Shown in pieces: positions 8,625 to 17,877 of a DNA stretch of 38,023 nt. The stretch is from Acidobacteriota bacterium (GTDB taxonomy: Bacteria; Acidobacteriota; Blastocatellia; RBC074): contig JANOWX010000554.1 in the NCBI GenBank assembly GCA_031418175.1, positions 1-38,023 on the forward strand, in the 5' to 3' direction. Made by a program: the position numbers and the translations under genes. The first letter of the stretch is position 1. Every line of letters starts with the position of its first letter. The notes under the pieces were generated by a model, which did not search any database, was not told where the DNA came from, and was given only the letters and a program-made list of their open reading frames with translations.

Positions 8625-9932
8625 CTACTTTCGCACGCTGGCGCGCAAATCCTTTTCGGCCCCGTGTTGCGCGTGGCAACTGACACAACGCGCCTGGCCT
8701 GTTTGCAAAGGCTGCGTTTCGGCCATCCTGGTTAGCGCTGCCGCAAAGGCCGGTTGCAAGTTGTGGCATTGCGCGCAGGCTTCGCGCACGTAGCGTTTCA
8801 ACGCCGCGCCCGCTGTGCCGCCCAAATGGCAATCCGCGCATTGCGCGCGGCCCTGTGCCTGGCCTTGTGTGTGCAGCATGTGGAATTGCTCGCGCAGGTT
8901 GTAATCAACGGTGCGCCCCGGCAAGCCATGTTGTTGCCAGGTTGTTTGCGACAACCCCTCCCACAGCCACAGCCCATTCCTGACCGGATAACTCACGGCG
9001 CGCCCGTGCAGCGTTCGACGGCCGCTCTGGTCACTATTCGCCTCGCGCTGCGCTTGATGGCAGTGGGTGCAAACCGCGTTGGCCACCAGGGCCGGTTTGA
9101 ATTCCGCCCCGCGATGTTCGGTGTGGCAAGCGCGGCAACTCAGCCCTACGTTGAAATGCCGCTGCGCAAGCGCGGCCTGAAAAGTTGGCGTCGAATGACA
9201 AGCCGAACACTGCTGCGACATCGTCCCGGTCAGCGTATGGCAGGCGCCGCACGCAGCGCTGGCCTTGCTGGCGACTGTGCTCGTGGCTGGCAAAGTCCCG
9301 GACGCGTGCGCTGCCGACAGCGGCCCCGGCGAGTACACGCGCGGGAAGGCCCACGCCAGCACGGCTGCGCCAAGCAGCGAGAGCGCCACACCCGCTGCCA
9401 ACAAACGCAATGGGCTGCGCCGGGATTGCCCAACAAGCTGTTCGGTCTGCGGTGACTCATTGGGCAGCTTGTTGCGCGCAAACTCGGCCCCGGCGCTTTG
9501 CAGCCGCCGTTCCCAATACCTTTCCAGGATGCGTTCATCGGCGGGCGTGCCAACATAACTCGGCGGTTCGGTTGGCTCAGGATCGGCCAGTGCCAGTGCC
9601 AGCGCGAGCGCAAAATCCACCGTGATTTGCAACGTCGCCTGCTGCACGGCCAGACGCAACAGATACGGGCCGATACGCAGGGTGTCGCCTTCATTCAACG
9701 GCGCTTGCTGGACGGCGGCGTCATTTACCAAGACCGGGCTGGCTGCCGCGTCCGCCAATGCCGAAAGCCAGAATGCGCCGTCGTGGTGCTTGATGCCCGC
9801 GTGCGCCGGCGCGACTGCCGGATGCGGCAATTGCAAATCACTCGTCAGCGCGCGCCCGATCAACAGGCTCTCGCCCGCCAACGCGCTGGCGTCGGCATTG
9901 CGATCGGTACGAATGATGCGAAACGTGTTCAT
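8625..9932 (-). CDS. FHA-like domain / single TM / heptaheme c-type cytochrome fusion
   Basis: The N-terminus LLIGRALTSDLQL...HAGIKHHDGAFWL...GDTLRIGPYLLRL is FHA-like. TM is LRLLAAGVALSLLGAAVLAWAF. Seven CxxCH motifs follow: CGACH, CSACH, CRACH, CTHCH, CADCH, CAQCH, CVSCH. Confidence 0.8.
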   Translation of the reverse strand: MNTFRIIRTDRNADASALAGESLLIGRALTSDLQLPHPAVAPAHAGIKHHDGAFWLSALADAAASPVLVNDAAVQQAPLNEGDTLRIGPYLLRLAVQQATLQITVDFALALALALADPEPTEPPSYVGTPADERILERYWERRLQSAGAEFARNKLPNESPQTEQLVGQSRRSPLRLLAAGVALSLLGAAVLAWAFPRVYSPGPLSAAHASGTLPATSTVASKASAACGACHTLTGTMSQQCSACHSTPTFQAALAQRHFNVGLSCRACHTEHRGAEFKPALVANAVCTHCHQAQREANSDQSGRRTLHGRAVSYPVRNGLWLWEGLSQTTWQQHGLPGRTVDYNLREQFHMLHTQGQAQGRAQCADCHLGGTAGAALKRYVREACAQCHNLQPAFAAALTRMAETQPLQTGQARCVSCHAQHGAEKDLRASVRK

Positions 9933-9938
9933 ACGGGC

Positions 9939-12188
9939 TCAACGCCAACTGAAATAGAGCACTTGCCAAACGTGCAAGCACAACAACGCCAGGAATAACG
10001 CCACGCCGGCCAAATGCGGCCAAATCCAATAGCGCAACAGCCGCTGCCCCGCGATCAAGCGGTTGAGTTGGCGCAACAACCCGGTGTCGCCTGATTCGGC
10101 GGCGCGCAACACCGCCCGGCGCGCCAGCAAATCTTCTAACAGCCAGGGCTGCGCTTCGTGTTTGGTCAACCAACGCGGCGCCAGCACGTTGATCAATTGC
10201 CCCAGCAAGCCGGTCAAACAAACCACCAGCAACGCCAGCGCCAGCAATCTGGTCAACGCTGTGGGCCGCGCCGTCTGGCCCGCCAGCAAACCGTGCCAGA
10301 CAAATAAGAGCAACGTCCACAGGCCAAGGTAATTGTGCGCCAGCAGCCAGTAATGCAAGCGCCCCAGCCGCGCCGTCCGCGCGCGTTTGCGCCACGCATA
10401 CAACCCCGCGCCCAGCAAACCCTCCGTGCCCAGCAAAGCGCTGCCCCAGGCCCAACCGCGCGTTCCGCCATACTCCAGGCCGAATAACGGCTGCGCGCAG
10501 GCCAACAAGAGCAGCAGCAGAATTCCGGCGTTGCCCGCCAGATGAATCAAGCTGACATTGCGGTGCGCGCGCCAGCCTTCGATCAATGGCAGTTTCTTGC
10601 CGCCGCGTTTTTGGTACACCCGCGCCAACCGCGCGGCCTTGATGGAATGCAGTTCGGCGAACTGTTCGTCGGGCACGACGCGCCGCAACGCGCCCGTCGG
10701 GCAATTCTCTTCGCAACCATGGACGTGCGGTTTGCGCGCATCGGCATTGCAAGCCGCGCCTACACACAGATCGCACTTCACCGCCACCGGCGAGCTGTCA
10801 CGCTGACTCTCTTCCCCTCCCTCGGTCTCCCCGTCTCCCGCACCCTCCGTCGCTTCGCGCGCCACCAAAGTAATCGCATCGTAAGGGCACAACGCAGCGC
10901 AATCGCCGCAACCGATGCAGGTTTGGGCGTCAATCTCTACGCGGCCCTCGGGCAAAACCTTGATCGCGTTGACCGGGCAGCCGGTCAGGCAATCCGGCTG
11001 GCGGCAGTGATGACAAGCCGAGGGCACCAGCAATGGTTGCAAGCTGGGCCGCAATGCTGGCGGCCACGCGGCGGGCGGCGCGAGCGCCGTTGTTCGCGTC
11101 AAGCTGAAACCTTTCAATGAGAGCCGCGACTGCCCGTGCAAATCCTGACAGGCCGCCGCACAGTTGCCGCAACGTATGCACGTGCGCGCATCAATCGCTA
11201 ATAGGCTGGCCGTCGCCGCCACGCCGCTGCGGATCAAGGCGGACTGCGCGGCAGCCAGCGGCAGCGGCTGGCGTTGATACGCCTGTTCAGCGGCCGGCGC
11301 CAGCTTTTTCAGGGCGGTGTTGATGTCTTCGCTCAACGCGCCTGTTGCGCGCAACAGCGTGACTGAGATTTCCAACACCTCGGCGCGCGTCAGCAACGTG
11401 CCGGTTTGCGGCCAGGCTAAGTCGCTGGCCGCGCCTTCCAGCCCCAGACAATGGCCCGCGCCCAAATACTCTTCGTGCGCCTGCGCGGCCCAATCCGCAA
11501 TATCGGCGTCGTGCTGGTGCTCTTCGCTGGCCTTGCGCAACTTCAGCCAGCCGGTTTTGAGAATGCACAGCCGCCGTATCGGTTCGCCTTCCTGAAACAG
11601 CACGTGCCCCGGCTCGTACACGCGAAATTGCGAAATCGTGGCGAGCTTGCCCAGGGCTTCGGCATCCAGCCGCGTCGCCACGCCGAGGTCTTGCAAAAAC
11701 AGCGCGCGGCTGTTGCGGCGATAGGCCTTGTCCAGCACCGCGGCGAATTGCGGCAGTTTGCGCAAGAACGGCAGGGCCTGGCGCTGCACCTCCAACACCA
11801 GCACCGGCACGTGCGATGGCGCGCACACCGTCGAAGAGCGCGGCAAATTGGCCAGCACCGACATTTCGCCGAACAGCGAACCGGGCGGCAATTCGCCGAC
11901 CTTTGCATAGCCGCGTTTGACGAATACATCCGCCACCCCTTCGATCACAAAAAAGAAGCGGTCGCCGCCCCACTCGCCTTCGCGCACGATCTCTTCGCCC
12001 GGCTCGTAAGTCAGCAGGCGCAAATGTGGCGCGAGCCGTTGGCCCCCGTATTCACGGCCCTCCAACAGCGCCTGCAATTCGGCGTCAGGCAGACCATGGC
12101 CCGGCGCCAGGCCCGACAATTCGGCCAGCGCGGCAGTCTTCGCTATGGCAGCCAGCACGTCAGCAGGCTCGCGGTGTTCTTGCGGCAT
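9939..12188 (-). CDS. Two cNMP-binding-like domains + four-cluster [4Fe-4S] ferredoxin domain + C-terminal about 5-TM domain
   Basis: cNMP motif GSLFGEMSVLANLPRSSTV, with a second similar module. Cys clusters are CIRCGNCAAAC, CHHCRQPDCLTGCP, CIGCGDCAALCP and CDLC...CEENCP. The C-terminal hydrophobic helices carry several His (LIHLAGN, LLAHNYLG, VWHG, WPHLAG, LHVWQ). Confidence 0.8.
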   Translation of the reverse strand: MPQEHREPADVLAAIAKTAALAELSGLAPGHGLPDAELQALLEGREYGGQRLAPHLRLLTYEPGEEIVREGEWGGDRFFFVIEGVADVFVKRGYAKVGELPPGSLFGEMSVLANLPRSSTVCAPSHVPVLVLEVQRQALPFLRKLPQFAAVLDKAYRRNSRALFLQDLGVATRLDAEALGKLATISQFRVYEPGHVLFQEGEPIRRLCILKTGWLKLRKASEEHQHDADIADWAAQAHEEYLGAGHCLGLEGAASDLAWPQTGTLLTRAEVLEISVTLLRATGALSEDINTALKKLAPAAEQAYQRQPLPLAAAQSALIRSGVAATASLLAIDARTCIRCGNCAAACQDLHGQSRLSLKGFSLTRTTALAPPAAWPPALRPSLQPLLVPSACHHCRQPDCLTGCPVNAIKVLPEGRVEIDAQTCIGCGDCAALCPYDAITLVAREATEGAGDGETEGGEESQRDSSPVAVKCDLCVGAACNADARKPHVHGCEENCPTGALRRVVPDEQFAELHSIKAARLARVYQKRGGKKLPLIEGWRAHRNVSLIHLAGNAGILLLLLLACAQPLFGLEYGGTRGWAWGSALLGTEGLLGAGLYAWRKRARTARLGRLHYWLLAHNYLGLWTLLLFVWHGLLAGQTARPTALTRLLALALLVVCLTGLLGQLINVLAPRWLTKHEAQPWLLEDLLARRAVLRAAESGDTGLLRQLNRLIAGQRLLRYWIWPHLAGVALFLALLCLHVWQVLYFSWR

Positions 12189-12282
12189 AGACTTCAGAAG
12201 TGTGGGGTGAAACTGCTTGCTAAAGGGAGAAGCACTTTACGGAGTGGTCTTTGTACTGTAAAGCGCGCGGCTTGCCAAGTGC

Positions 12283-12416
12283 CCTGGGTACGCACGGCTT
12301 CCAGCCTGCGGGCGTGGCGGCAGACCGATTGGCGCTGAAAGGAAACCCGCCGGCATATTTCCGTCTCACGCCAATCCGCACGCCAATCCGCACGCTGGAA
12401 GCGGTGCGTACCCAGG
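12283..12416. repeat. MITE/REP-like element bounded by about 27-bp inverted repeats (family B)
   Basis: cctgggtacgcacggcttccagcctgcg (12283-12310) pairs with gcacgctggaagcggtgcgtacccagg (12390-12416), 2 mismatches. It contains an internal 12-bp tandem cgccaatccgca x2 (12369-12392). The second copy is at 17777-17877. Confidence 0.7.
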
Positions 12417-12501
12417 TTTGCTTGCGGCGCGCGCGGGGCGTCACTACAATGCATTCGCAATTTCCCATTCACCAATGTTCGCTGCACACAGGTTCACGCT
12501 T

Positions 12502-14769
12502 ATGAAATCAAACGCCAAACGCTTTTTCGTCACGCTCTTCGCCCTCGGTTTCGTCACGCTGCTGGTCTGGCAACGTAACCCGGCCGCTGCGGCTGCCACT
12601 GCTAACTCGTCGAATGCCGCTAAACGCACGCAAGGCACACCGACTTTCAACAAAGAGGTCGTGCGCCTATTTCAAAAGAATTGCCAAAGCTGCCACCACC
12701 CCGGCGACATCGCGCCTTTCTCGTTGATGAGCTACAAAGAAGCGCGCCCCTGGGCCGTCTCGATTCGTGAAGCGGTCGTGACCAAAAGCATGCCGCCGTG
12801 GAAGCCGCAACCCGGCTGCGGCGATTTCAAAGACCAGCGCGCGCTGACGCAGGATGAGATCAATACCATCGCCGCCTGGGCGGACGCGGGCGCGCCCGAA
12901 GGCAACGCTGCCGACATGCCGAAGGCGCAGGAATTCCCCGATGGCTGGGCGCTGGGCGCGCCTGATTTCATCGCGACGCCGGCAGAGAGCTTCACGCCGC
13001 CGCAAGGCAAAGACACCTATCGCTGTTTCGTCGTGCCGACGGCGCAATTGCGCGGCGACCGTTGGATTCAGGGCTTGGATGTGCGGCCCGGCAACAGCAA
13101 GATCGTGCATCACGTGATCGCCTATGCCGACCCGCTGGGCAAATCAATCGCGTTGGATCAGCAGGAAGCCGGTCCCGGCTACACCTGTTTCGGCGGGCCG
13201 GGCTTCGACATTTCGCTGGGCATCAATGAAATTCTGGCGGGCAATTCGCCGATGCTGGGCGGTTGGGCGCCCGGTTCGCGCGGCTATTTCGCGCCCGAAG
13301 GCAATGGCATCAAGCTGCCCAGCAATGCGAACGCGCGCGTCGTCTTGCAAGTGCATTACCATCCGACCGGCCAACCCGAAACCGACCGCACCTCGGTGGG
13401 TTTCTATTTCGCGCAAAAACCTGTCGCGAAAGCGATGCTGCCGTTGCCGCTGGTCAATCAAACCTTCACCATTCCGGCGGGCGCAAAAGCGCATCCGGTG
13501 ACGGCACGGTTCACCGCGACCGGTTTCGCGGGCAAAATTCTGGGCATCACGCCGCACATGCATTTGCTGGGCAAACAAATCAAAGTCGAAATGACGCAAC
13601 CGGGCCAGCCGACGCAATGTCTGGTCAACATCCCAAAGTGGGATTTCAATTGGCAGGGTTCGTATCTTTACCAAAACGCGATCTCCTTCGCGGCCAACTC
13701 ACGCATTGATTTGAGCTGCGTCTTCGACAACTCGGCGGACAATCCGTATCAGCCGAACAACCCGCCAAAGCCTGTGAAATGGGGCGAAGAAACGACCGAC
13801 GAAATGGCGCTGGCCTTCATCGCCTTCACGCTGGATGCGTTGACGCTGCCAACTTCGTCGCCGCAACTGACCGAAGTAAGCGCCGATGACAAAGGCAATC
13901 TGTTCGTCAACGGCATCAACTTCCTGGCGGGCGCGGACATTGAGGTCAACGGCCAGCGCCTCGCTGACACACAAGCTGACGCGAGCGGCAAAATCTTTTC
14001 CGGCAATCAATGGAAGGTCTTCGCCGCGCCCGGTCAGAGCGTCAACGTGACCGTCATCAACCCCGACGGCGTGCGCACCGCCGCGCGCACCTTCACCCGC
14101 AACGTGACCGCACGCACAGTGGCTGCCGTTTCAGCAGCCAGTTACGCCGCGAACGCCATCGCGCCCGAAAGCATCGTCGCGGCCTTTGGCGAATATCTGG
14201 CCAGCGGCAATGCCAGCGCCAGCGCCACGCCGCTGCCCACCGAACTGGCGGGCACGACGGTGCGCGTCAACGGCATCCTGGCGCCGCTGTTTTTTGTCTC
14301 GCGGCAACAACTCAATTTCCAGATTCCCTTCGGTGTGACGTCCGGCAACGCCGTGATTGAAGTGATGACCAGCGACGGCCAGCTTTCGCGCAACACGCTG
14401 ACGCTCAGCGCGATTGCGCCGAGCCTGTTCACGGCCAACGCGTCAGGCACCGGCGTGCCCGTGGGCGTCGTCTCGCCCGACGGCATTGGTTTTTATCCGA
14501 TCAGCAATGCGGATGGCACGCCCATCGCGCTGAATGGCGGCGATTATCTGGTGCTCTTCGGCACCGGCTTCCGCCGCGCGGCGACTGAGACCGTCGAGAT
14601 CACCATCGGCGGCCGCAAAGTCCCGACGATTTACACCGGCGCGCAAGGGGGCCTGGTCGGCGTGGATCAACTCAACACCGAATTGCCGAAGGATGTTTCG
14701 GGCTTGGTGGATTTGGTGCTGACGGTGAACGGGCGACAGGCGAATGTGGTGAAGTTGCGGTTGAAATAA
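12502..14769 (+). CDS. Exported heme-c domain + PHM/DBH-like type II copper monooxygenase core + IPT-like segment + Soli_cterm-like domain (paralogue 1)
   Basis: Signal/anchor MKSNAKRFFVTLFALGFVTLLVW. Heme motif CQSCH with downstream MPPW. Copper-ligand pattern HHVIAY, QVHYH, PHMHLLG, TDEM. The C-terminal SAASYAANAIAPESIVAAFG...LAGTTVRVNGILAPLFFVSRQQLNFQIP... resembles TIGR03437 as I recall it. Confidence 0.75.
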   Translation: MKSNAKRFFVTLFALGFVTLLVWQRNPAAAAATANSSNAAKRTQGTPTFNKEVVRLFQKNCQSCHHPGDIAPFSLMSYKEARPWAVSIREAVVTKSMPPWKPQPGCGDFKDQRALTQDEINTIAAWADAGAPEGNAADMPKAQEFPDGWALGAPDFIATPAESFTPPQGKDTYRCFVVPTAQLRGDRWIQGLDVRPGNSKIVHHVIAYADPLGKSIALDQQEAGPGYTCFGGPGFDISLGINEILAGNSPMLGGWAPGSRGYFAPEGNGIKLPSNANARVVLQVHYHPTGQPETDRTSVGFYFAQKPVAKAMLPLPLVNQTFTIPAGAKAHPVTARFTATGFAGKILGITPHMHLLGKQIKVEMTQPGQPTQCLVNIPKWDFNWQGSYLYQNAISFAANSRIDLSCVFDNSADNPYQPNNPPKPVKWGEETTDEMALAFIAFTLDALTLPTSSPQLTEVSADDKGNLFVNGINFLAGADIEVNGQRLADTQADASGKIFSGNQWKVFAAPGQSVNVTVINPDGVRTAARTFTRNVTARTVAAVSAASYAANAIAPESIVAAFGEYLASGNASASATPLPTELAGTTVRVNGILAPLFFVSRQQLNFQIPFGVTSGNAVIEVMTSDGQLSRNTLTLSAIAPSLFTANASGTGVPVGVVSPDGIGFYPISNADGTPIALNGGDYLVLFGTGFRRAATETVEITIGGRKVPTIYTGAQGGLVGVDQLNTELPKDVSGLVDLVLTVNGRQANVVKLRLK

Positions 14770-14781
14770 GCGCATCAGCAT

Positions 14782-15102
14782 ATGACTCCGAAAGTGCAAA
14801 CCATTCTGGCGGAATTGAAGCAGCGGCTGACGGCCATTTACGGCGAGCGGCTGGTCAGACTGGTGCTGTTCGGTTCACAGGCGCGCGGCGACGCCACACC
14901 CGAATCGGATATTGACACGCTGGTGGTTTTACGCGGGCCGGTCAATGCGGGTGAAGAAATCCGGCGCACCAGTTCGTGCGGCGCGGCTTTATCGTTGAAG
15001 CACGACGTGTTGATCTCGTGTGTGTTTGTTTCCGCCGACAGCTTTCGACAGGAGCAAAGTCCGTTATTGCTGAATGTGCAGCGGGAAGGAGTCGCCGTAT
15101 GA
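14782..15102 (+). CDS. Nucleotidyltransferase-domain protein (MNT-type antitoxin)
   Basis: The motif LVLFGSQARGDATPESDIDTLVVL (GSxxRG...DxD) is present. The stop overlaps the HEPN start (ATGA at 15099-15102). Confidence 0.85.
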   Translation: MTPKVQTILAELKQRLTAIYGERLVRLVLFGSQARGDATPESDIDTLVVLRGPVNAGEEIRRTSSCGAALSLKHDVLISCVFVSADSFRQEQSPLLLNVQREGVAV

Positions 15103-15482
15103 CAGCGTCCCAAACCGCACTGGTAGAAAAAGCGCGCGACAGTTTGCGCGCCGCCCGGCTGCTGGCCCAAGGCGGATTGCACGATTTTGCGGTGGGGCGG
15201 GCGTATTACACGATGTTCTATCTGGCCTCGGCGCTGCTGTTGGAACAAGGGCTGACCTTCTCCAAACACGGCTCGACCATCAGCGCCTTTGGTCAGCATT
15301 GGGTAAAAACAGGTCGCCTGGATGCCAAATATCACCGCGCCTTGCGCGAGGCTTATGAAGCACGCATCGTGGGCGATTATCAGGCCACCGCACATTTGAG
15401 CGAAGCTGATGCAGCAACCCAAATCGCACAAGCTGAAGAATTCATGACGATGGCCGAAGCTGTCCTGGCAAGTTTGCCGTAA
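15099..15482 (+). CDS. HEPN-domain protein (toxin partner of MNT)
   Basis: MTASQTALVEKARDSLRAARLL...AVGRAYYTMFYLASALL...YEARIVGDY shows the helical HEPN pattern and is translationally coupled to MNT. Confidence 0.8.
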   Translation: MTASQTALVEKARDSLRAARLLAQGGLHDFAVGRAYYTMFYLASALLLEQGLTFSKHGSTISAFGQHWVKTGRLDAKYHRALREAYEARIVGDYQATAHLSEADAATQIAQAEEFMTMAEAVLASLP

Positions 15483-15513
15483 CTCGCCTTGTCTCTCGCT
15501 TGGAACAAATCGC

Positions 15514-15547
15514 AGGGATTGGGCGTCTGCTCAATCCCTTTTTGTTT
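15514..15547 (+). terminator. Rho-independent terminator after the HEPN gene
   Basis: agggattg (15514-15521) pairs with caatccct (15532-15539) and is followed by tttttgttt. Confidence 0.7.
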
Positions 15548-15620
15548 ACGGAAACGAGCTTGGCGACATCCGCGCAGTCAGAGATAATTGCGCCGCATTA
15601 TCAACAAAGGAGTTGAAATC

Positions 15621-15947
15621 ATGACAGCAATGACTGCAGCAGTTTCCTTGATTGAACTCGATGAACGCGGCAGACCGTGGATCAGCGGGGCCAACACCAA
15701 GGTAATCGAAGTCGCGCTGGACAAGATTGCGTATGGCTGGAGTCCAGATGAGATGCACGAACAGCATCCGCATTTGTCGCTCGCGCAAATCCATGCCGCG
15801 TTGTCCTATTACTATGCGCATCAAGCCGAACTGGACGCTGAGGCGGCGCGCCAAGTCGAAGAGTACGAAGCCTTGCGGGCCGCCGCCCAAAATGATCCGT
15901 TGCAACGCCGCCTGCGTGAACTGCGCTTACAGCAAGCAAAACCATGA
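15621..15947 (+). CDS. DUF433-like protein (antitoxin-like)
   Basis: AAAGGAG precedes ATG 15621. The motif ISGANTKVIEVALDKIAYGWSPDEMHEQHPHLSLAQIHAALSYYYAH is typical of DUF433. The stop overlaps the next start (ATGA at 15944-15947). Confidence 0.75.
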   Translation: MTAMTAAVSLIELDERGRPWISGANTKVIEVALDKIAYGWSPDEMHEQHPHLSLAQIHAALSYYYAHQAELDAEAARQVEEYEALRAAAQNDPLQRRLRELRLQQAKP

Positions 15948-16294
15948 GCCTGGCCCTTTACATGGATGTGCACGTACCTAGCGCCCTCACGGACGGCTTG
16001 CGGCTGCGCGGTGTGGACGTGCTGACGGCCCAGGAAGATGGCACGCGCCGCCTGCCTGATCCGCAATTGCTTGACCGTGCGACTGCGCTCGGACGCTTGC
16101 TGTTTACGGAAGATGATGACCTTTTGCGTGAGGCCAAGAAACGCCTGCAGTCCGGCCAGCCGTTCGCGGGCGTGCTCTATGTCCATCAACAGAAGCTGGT
16201 CATCGGCTCGTGCATCAACGACTTGGAGTTGATTGCGCTAGCCAGCGAACCAGCGGAATGGCTCAATCGCGTGGGCTATCTGCCGTTGAAATAA
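15944..16294 (+). CDS. DUF5615-like PIN-like protein (toxin-like partner of DUF433)
   Basis: MSLALYMDVHVPSALTDGLRLRGVDVLTAQEDG...LLFTEDDDL follows the DUF5615 pattern and has the usual pairing with DUF433. Confidence 0.7.
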   Translation: MSLALYMDVHVPSALTDGLRLRGVDVLTAQEDGTRRLPDPQLLDRATALGRLLFTEDDDLLREAKKRLQSGQPFAGVLYVHQQKLVIGSCINDLELIALASEPAEWLNRVGYLPLK

Positions 16295-16316
16295 ACTGCC
16301 TGGAAGGAATTGCTGC

Positions 16317-17003
16317 ATGCCTGAACAAACCGCCCTCGCCCCCAACCTCGCCGACGCCGTTGAATTCGCCGAGAACCCCGAACCGCGCTGTCCTTGCGTC
16401 TTGCTCGTTGACACCTCCGGCTCGATGCAGGGCGCGCCCATCGCCGCGTTGAATGAAGGCTTGCGCGCTTTCAAAAACGATTTGATGAAGGACGCGCTGG
16501 CCTCGCGCCGCGTCGAAGTCGCCATCGTCACCTTTAGCAGCAACGTGCAGATCGTGCAGGATTTCGTCACCGCCGATCAGTTCGAACCGCCCACGCTGCA
16601 CGCCGAGGGCGCGACGCTGATGGGCAGCGCCATTCATCAGGCGCTGGATTTGCTGGCCGCGCGCAAGGCGCAATACCGCACGAGCGGCGTGGCCTACTAC
16701 CGCCCGTGGGTCTTTCTGATCACCGATGGCGAACCGCAGGGCGAACCCGAAGACGTAATTTTACAAGCCTCCCAACGCATCCGCGATGAGGAGCAGAACA
16801 AGCGCGTGGCCTTTTTCGCCGTCGGCATCGAAGAGGCCAATCTCGACCGCTTGCGGCAAATCGTCGTGCGCACGCCGGTGCGGCTGATCGGATTGAATTT
16901 CGTCGAGATGTTCGTCTGGCTCTCGCGCAGCACCCAAGCCGTCTCGCATTCACGCGTGGATGAACAAGTCGCACTGCCACCGCCCGGCTGGGGAACAGTA
17001 TGA
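16317..17003 (+). CDS. vWA-domain protein (TerY-like) of a TerY-P-type triad
   Basis: RBS GGAAGGA. MIDAS motif LLVDTSGSM (DxSxS). Further matches are VAIVTFSS and FLITDGEPQG. It overlaps the next gene by 4 nt (ATGA). Confidence 0.85.
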   Translation: MPEQTALAPNLADAVEFAENPEPRCPCVLLVDTSGSMQGAPIAALNEGLRAFKNDLMKDALASRRVEVAIVTFSSNVQIVQDFVTADQFEPPTLHAEGATLMGSAIHQALDLLAARKAQYRTSGVAYYRPWVFLITDGEPQGEPEDVILQASQRIRDEEQNKRVAFFAVGIEEANLDRLRQIVVRTPVRLIGLNFVEMFVWLSRSTQAVSHSRVDEQVALPPPGWGTV

Positions 17004-17770
17004 AGACGGGGGACGGTATGAACGCAGCCTGGCGCGTCATCGGCGCTTCGGTGCAGGGTGTCAGCCACATCAAGAGCGGGCAGCCCTGTCAGGACGCGCA
17101 CGCCTGGGCCGTCTTGCCGGACGGCACGTTGATCGCCGTCGTCGCCGATGGCGCGGGTTCAGCGGCGTTGGCTGAAGTGGGCGCACAACTGGCCGCCAAG
17201 ACGGCAGTGAATTGCTTGCGGCGCGAGTTGATCGAAAACGCCTTGCCTGTGAATGAAGCAGCCTGGCGAGTGCTGTTGTTCGAGGGGTTGAAAGCGGCGC
17301 GGCAACGTTTGGAAGACGAAGCGCAAGAACGCGGCTGTGCCTTGCGCGATTTGGCGGCGACGCTGATCGTGGCCGTCGCCACCGCCGAACTGGCCGCCAC
17401 CGCGCACGTCGGCGATGGCGCGGCGGTGTTGAAAACCGCTGACGAGTTGTTGCTGCTGGCCGCGCCTCAGATGAGCGAATACGTCAACGAGACGACCTTT
17501 CTGGTTTCCGCCGATTATTTGCAGGCGGCGCAATTCGCTTGCTGGCACGGGCGCGTGCGGCAATTGGCGCTGTTCACCGACGGCTTGCAACGGCTGGCGT
17601 TGCAGATGCCGCTGCAACGACCGCACGCGCCGTTCTTTGCGCCGCTGTTTCAGTTCGCGGCGAATGCGGGCGCGGATGCCGAAGCGCAATTGGCCGCGTT
17701 CCTGCATTCCCCGCGCATTGCCGATCGGGCGGATGACGATTTGACCTTGTTGTTGGCGGCGCGCAATTGA
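17000..17770 (+). CDS. PP2C-family protein phosphatase-like protein of the triad
   Basis: The motifs GASVQGVSHIKSGQPCQDA...IAVVADGAGSA...HVGDGAA...LFTDGL form a PP2C-like acidic pattern. An alternative ATG is at 17018. Confidence 0.8.
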   Translation: MKTGDGMNAAWRVIGASVQGVSHIKSGQPCQDAHAWAVLPDGTLIAVVADGAGSAALAEVGAQLAAKTAVNCLRRELIENALPVNEAAWRVLLFEGLKAARQRLEDEAQERGCALRDLAATLIVAVATAELAATAHVGDGAAVLKTADELLLLAAPQMSEYVNETTFLVSADYLQAAQFACWHGRVRQLALFTDGLQRLALQMPLQRPHAPFFAPLFQFAANAGADAEAQLAAFLHSPRIADRADDDLTLLLAARN

Positions 17771-17776
17771 CGCACA

Positions 17777-17877
17777 CCTGGGTACGCACCGCTTCCAGCG
17801 TGCGCGCCGTCAAGTCGGAGCGTTGGCCGGAATGGATCGCTCGCCAGCACTGCACGCTGGAAGCGGTGCTACCCAGG
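17777..17877. repeat. Family B inverted-repeat element inserted between the PP2C and kinase genes
   Basis: cctgggtacgcaccgcttccagcgtgcg (17777-17804) pairs with tgcacgctggaagcggtgctacccagg (17852-17877). The arms match the 12283-12416 element. It fills most of the 116-nt gap in an otherwise overlapping operon. Confidence 0.75.

Noticed and set aside
7629-8735. 368-aa ORF antisense to the ClpX-like gene
   Set aside because: Its composition is Arg/Ala/Gln-rich with no recognisable domain. The opposite strand carries complete Walker A/B and pore-loop motifs.
8625-9932. Functional link between the FHA-like protein and the triad kinase/PP2C about 8 kb away
   Set aside because: The two loci are in separate transcription units on opposite strands. 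The FHA-like head also lacks the canonical phospho-Thr-contacting Ser, so nothing in the sequence supports a specific pairing.
9838-10776. 312-aa alternative-frame ORF within the cNMP/FeS gene
   Set aside because: Its translation is Arg/Ala-rich. The main frame carries coherent TM helices and Cys clusters.
12283-12416. Whether the inverted-repeat elements are autonomous insertion sequences
   Set aside because: The elements are only about 100-135 bp with no internal ORF, and no transposase or integrase gene is present in the window. I therefore call them REP/MITE-like repeats rather than mobile elements.
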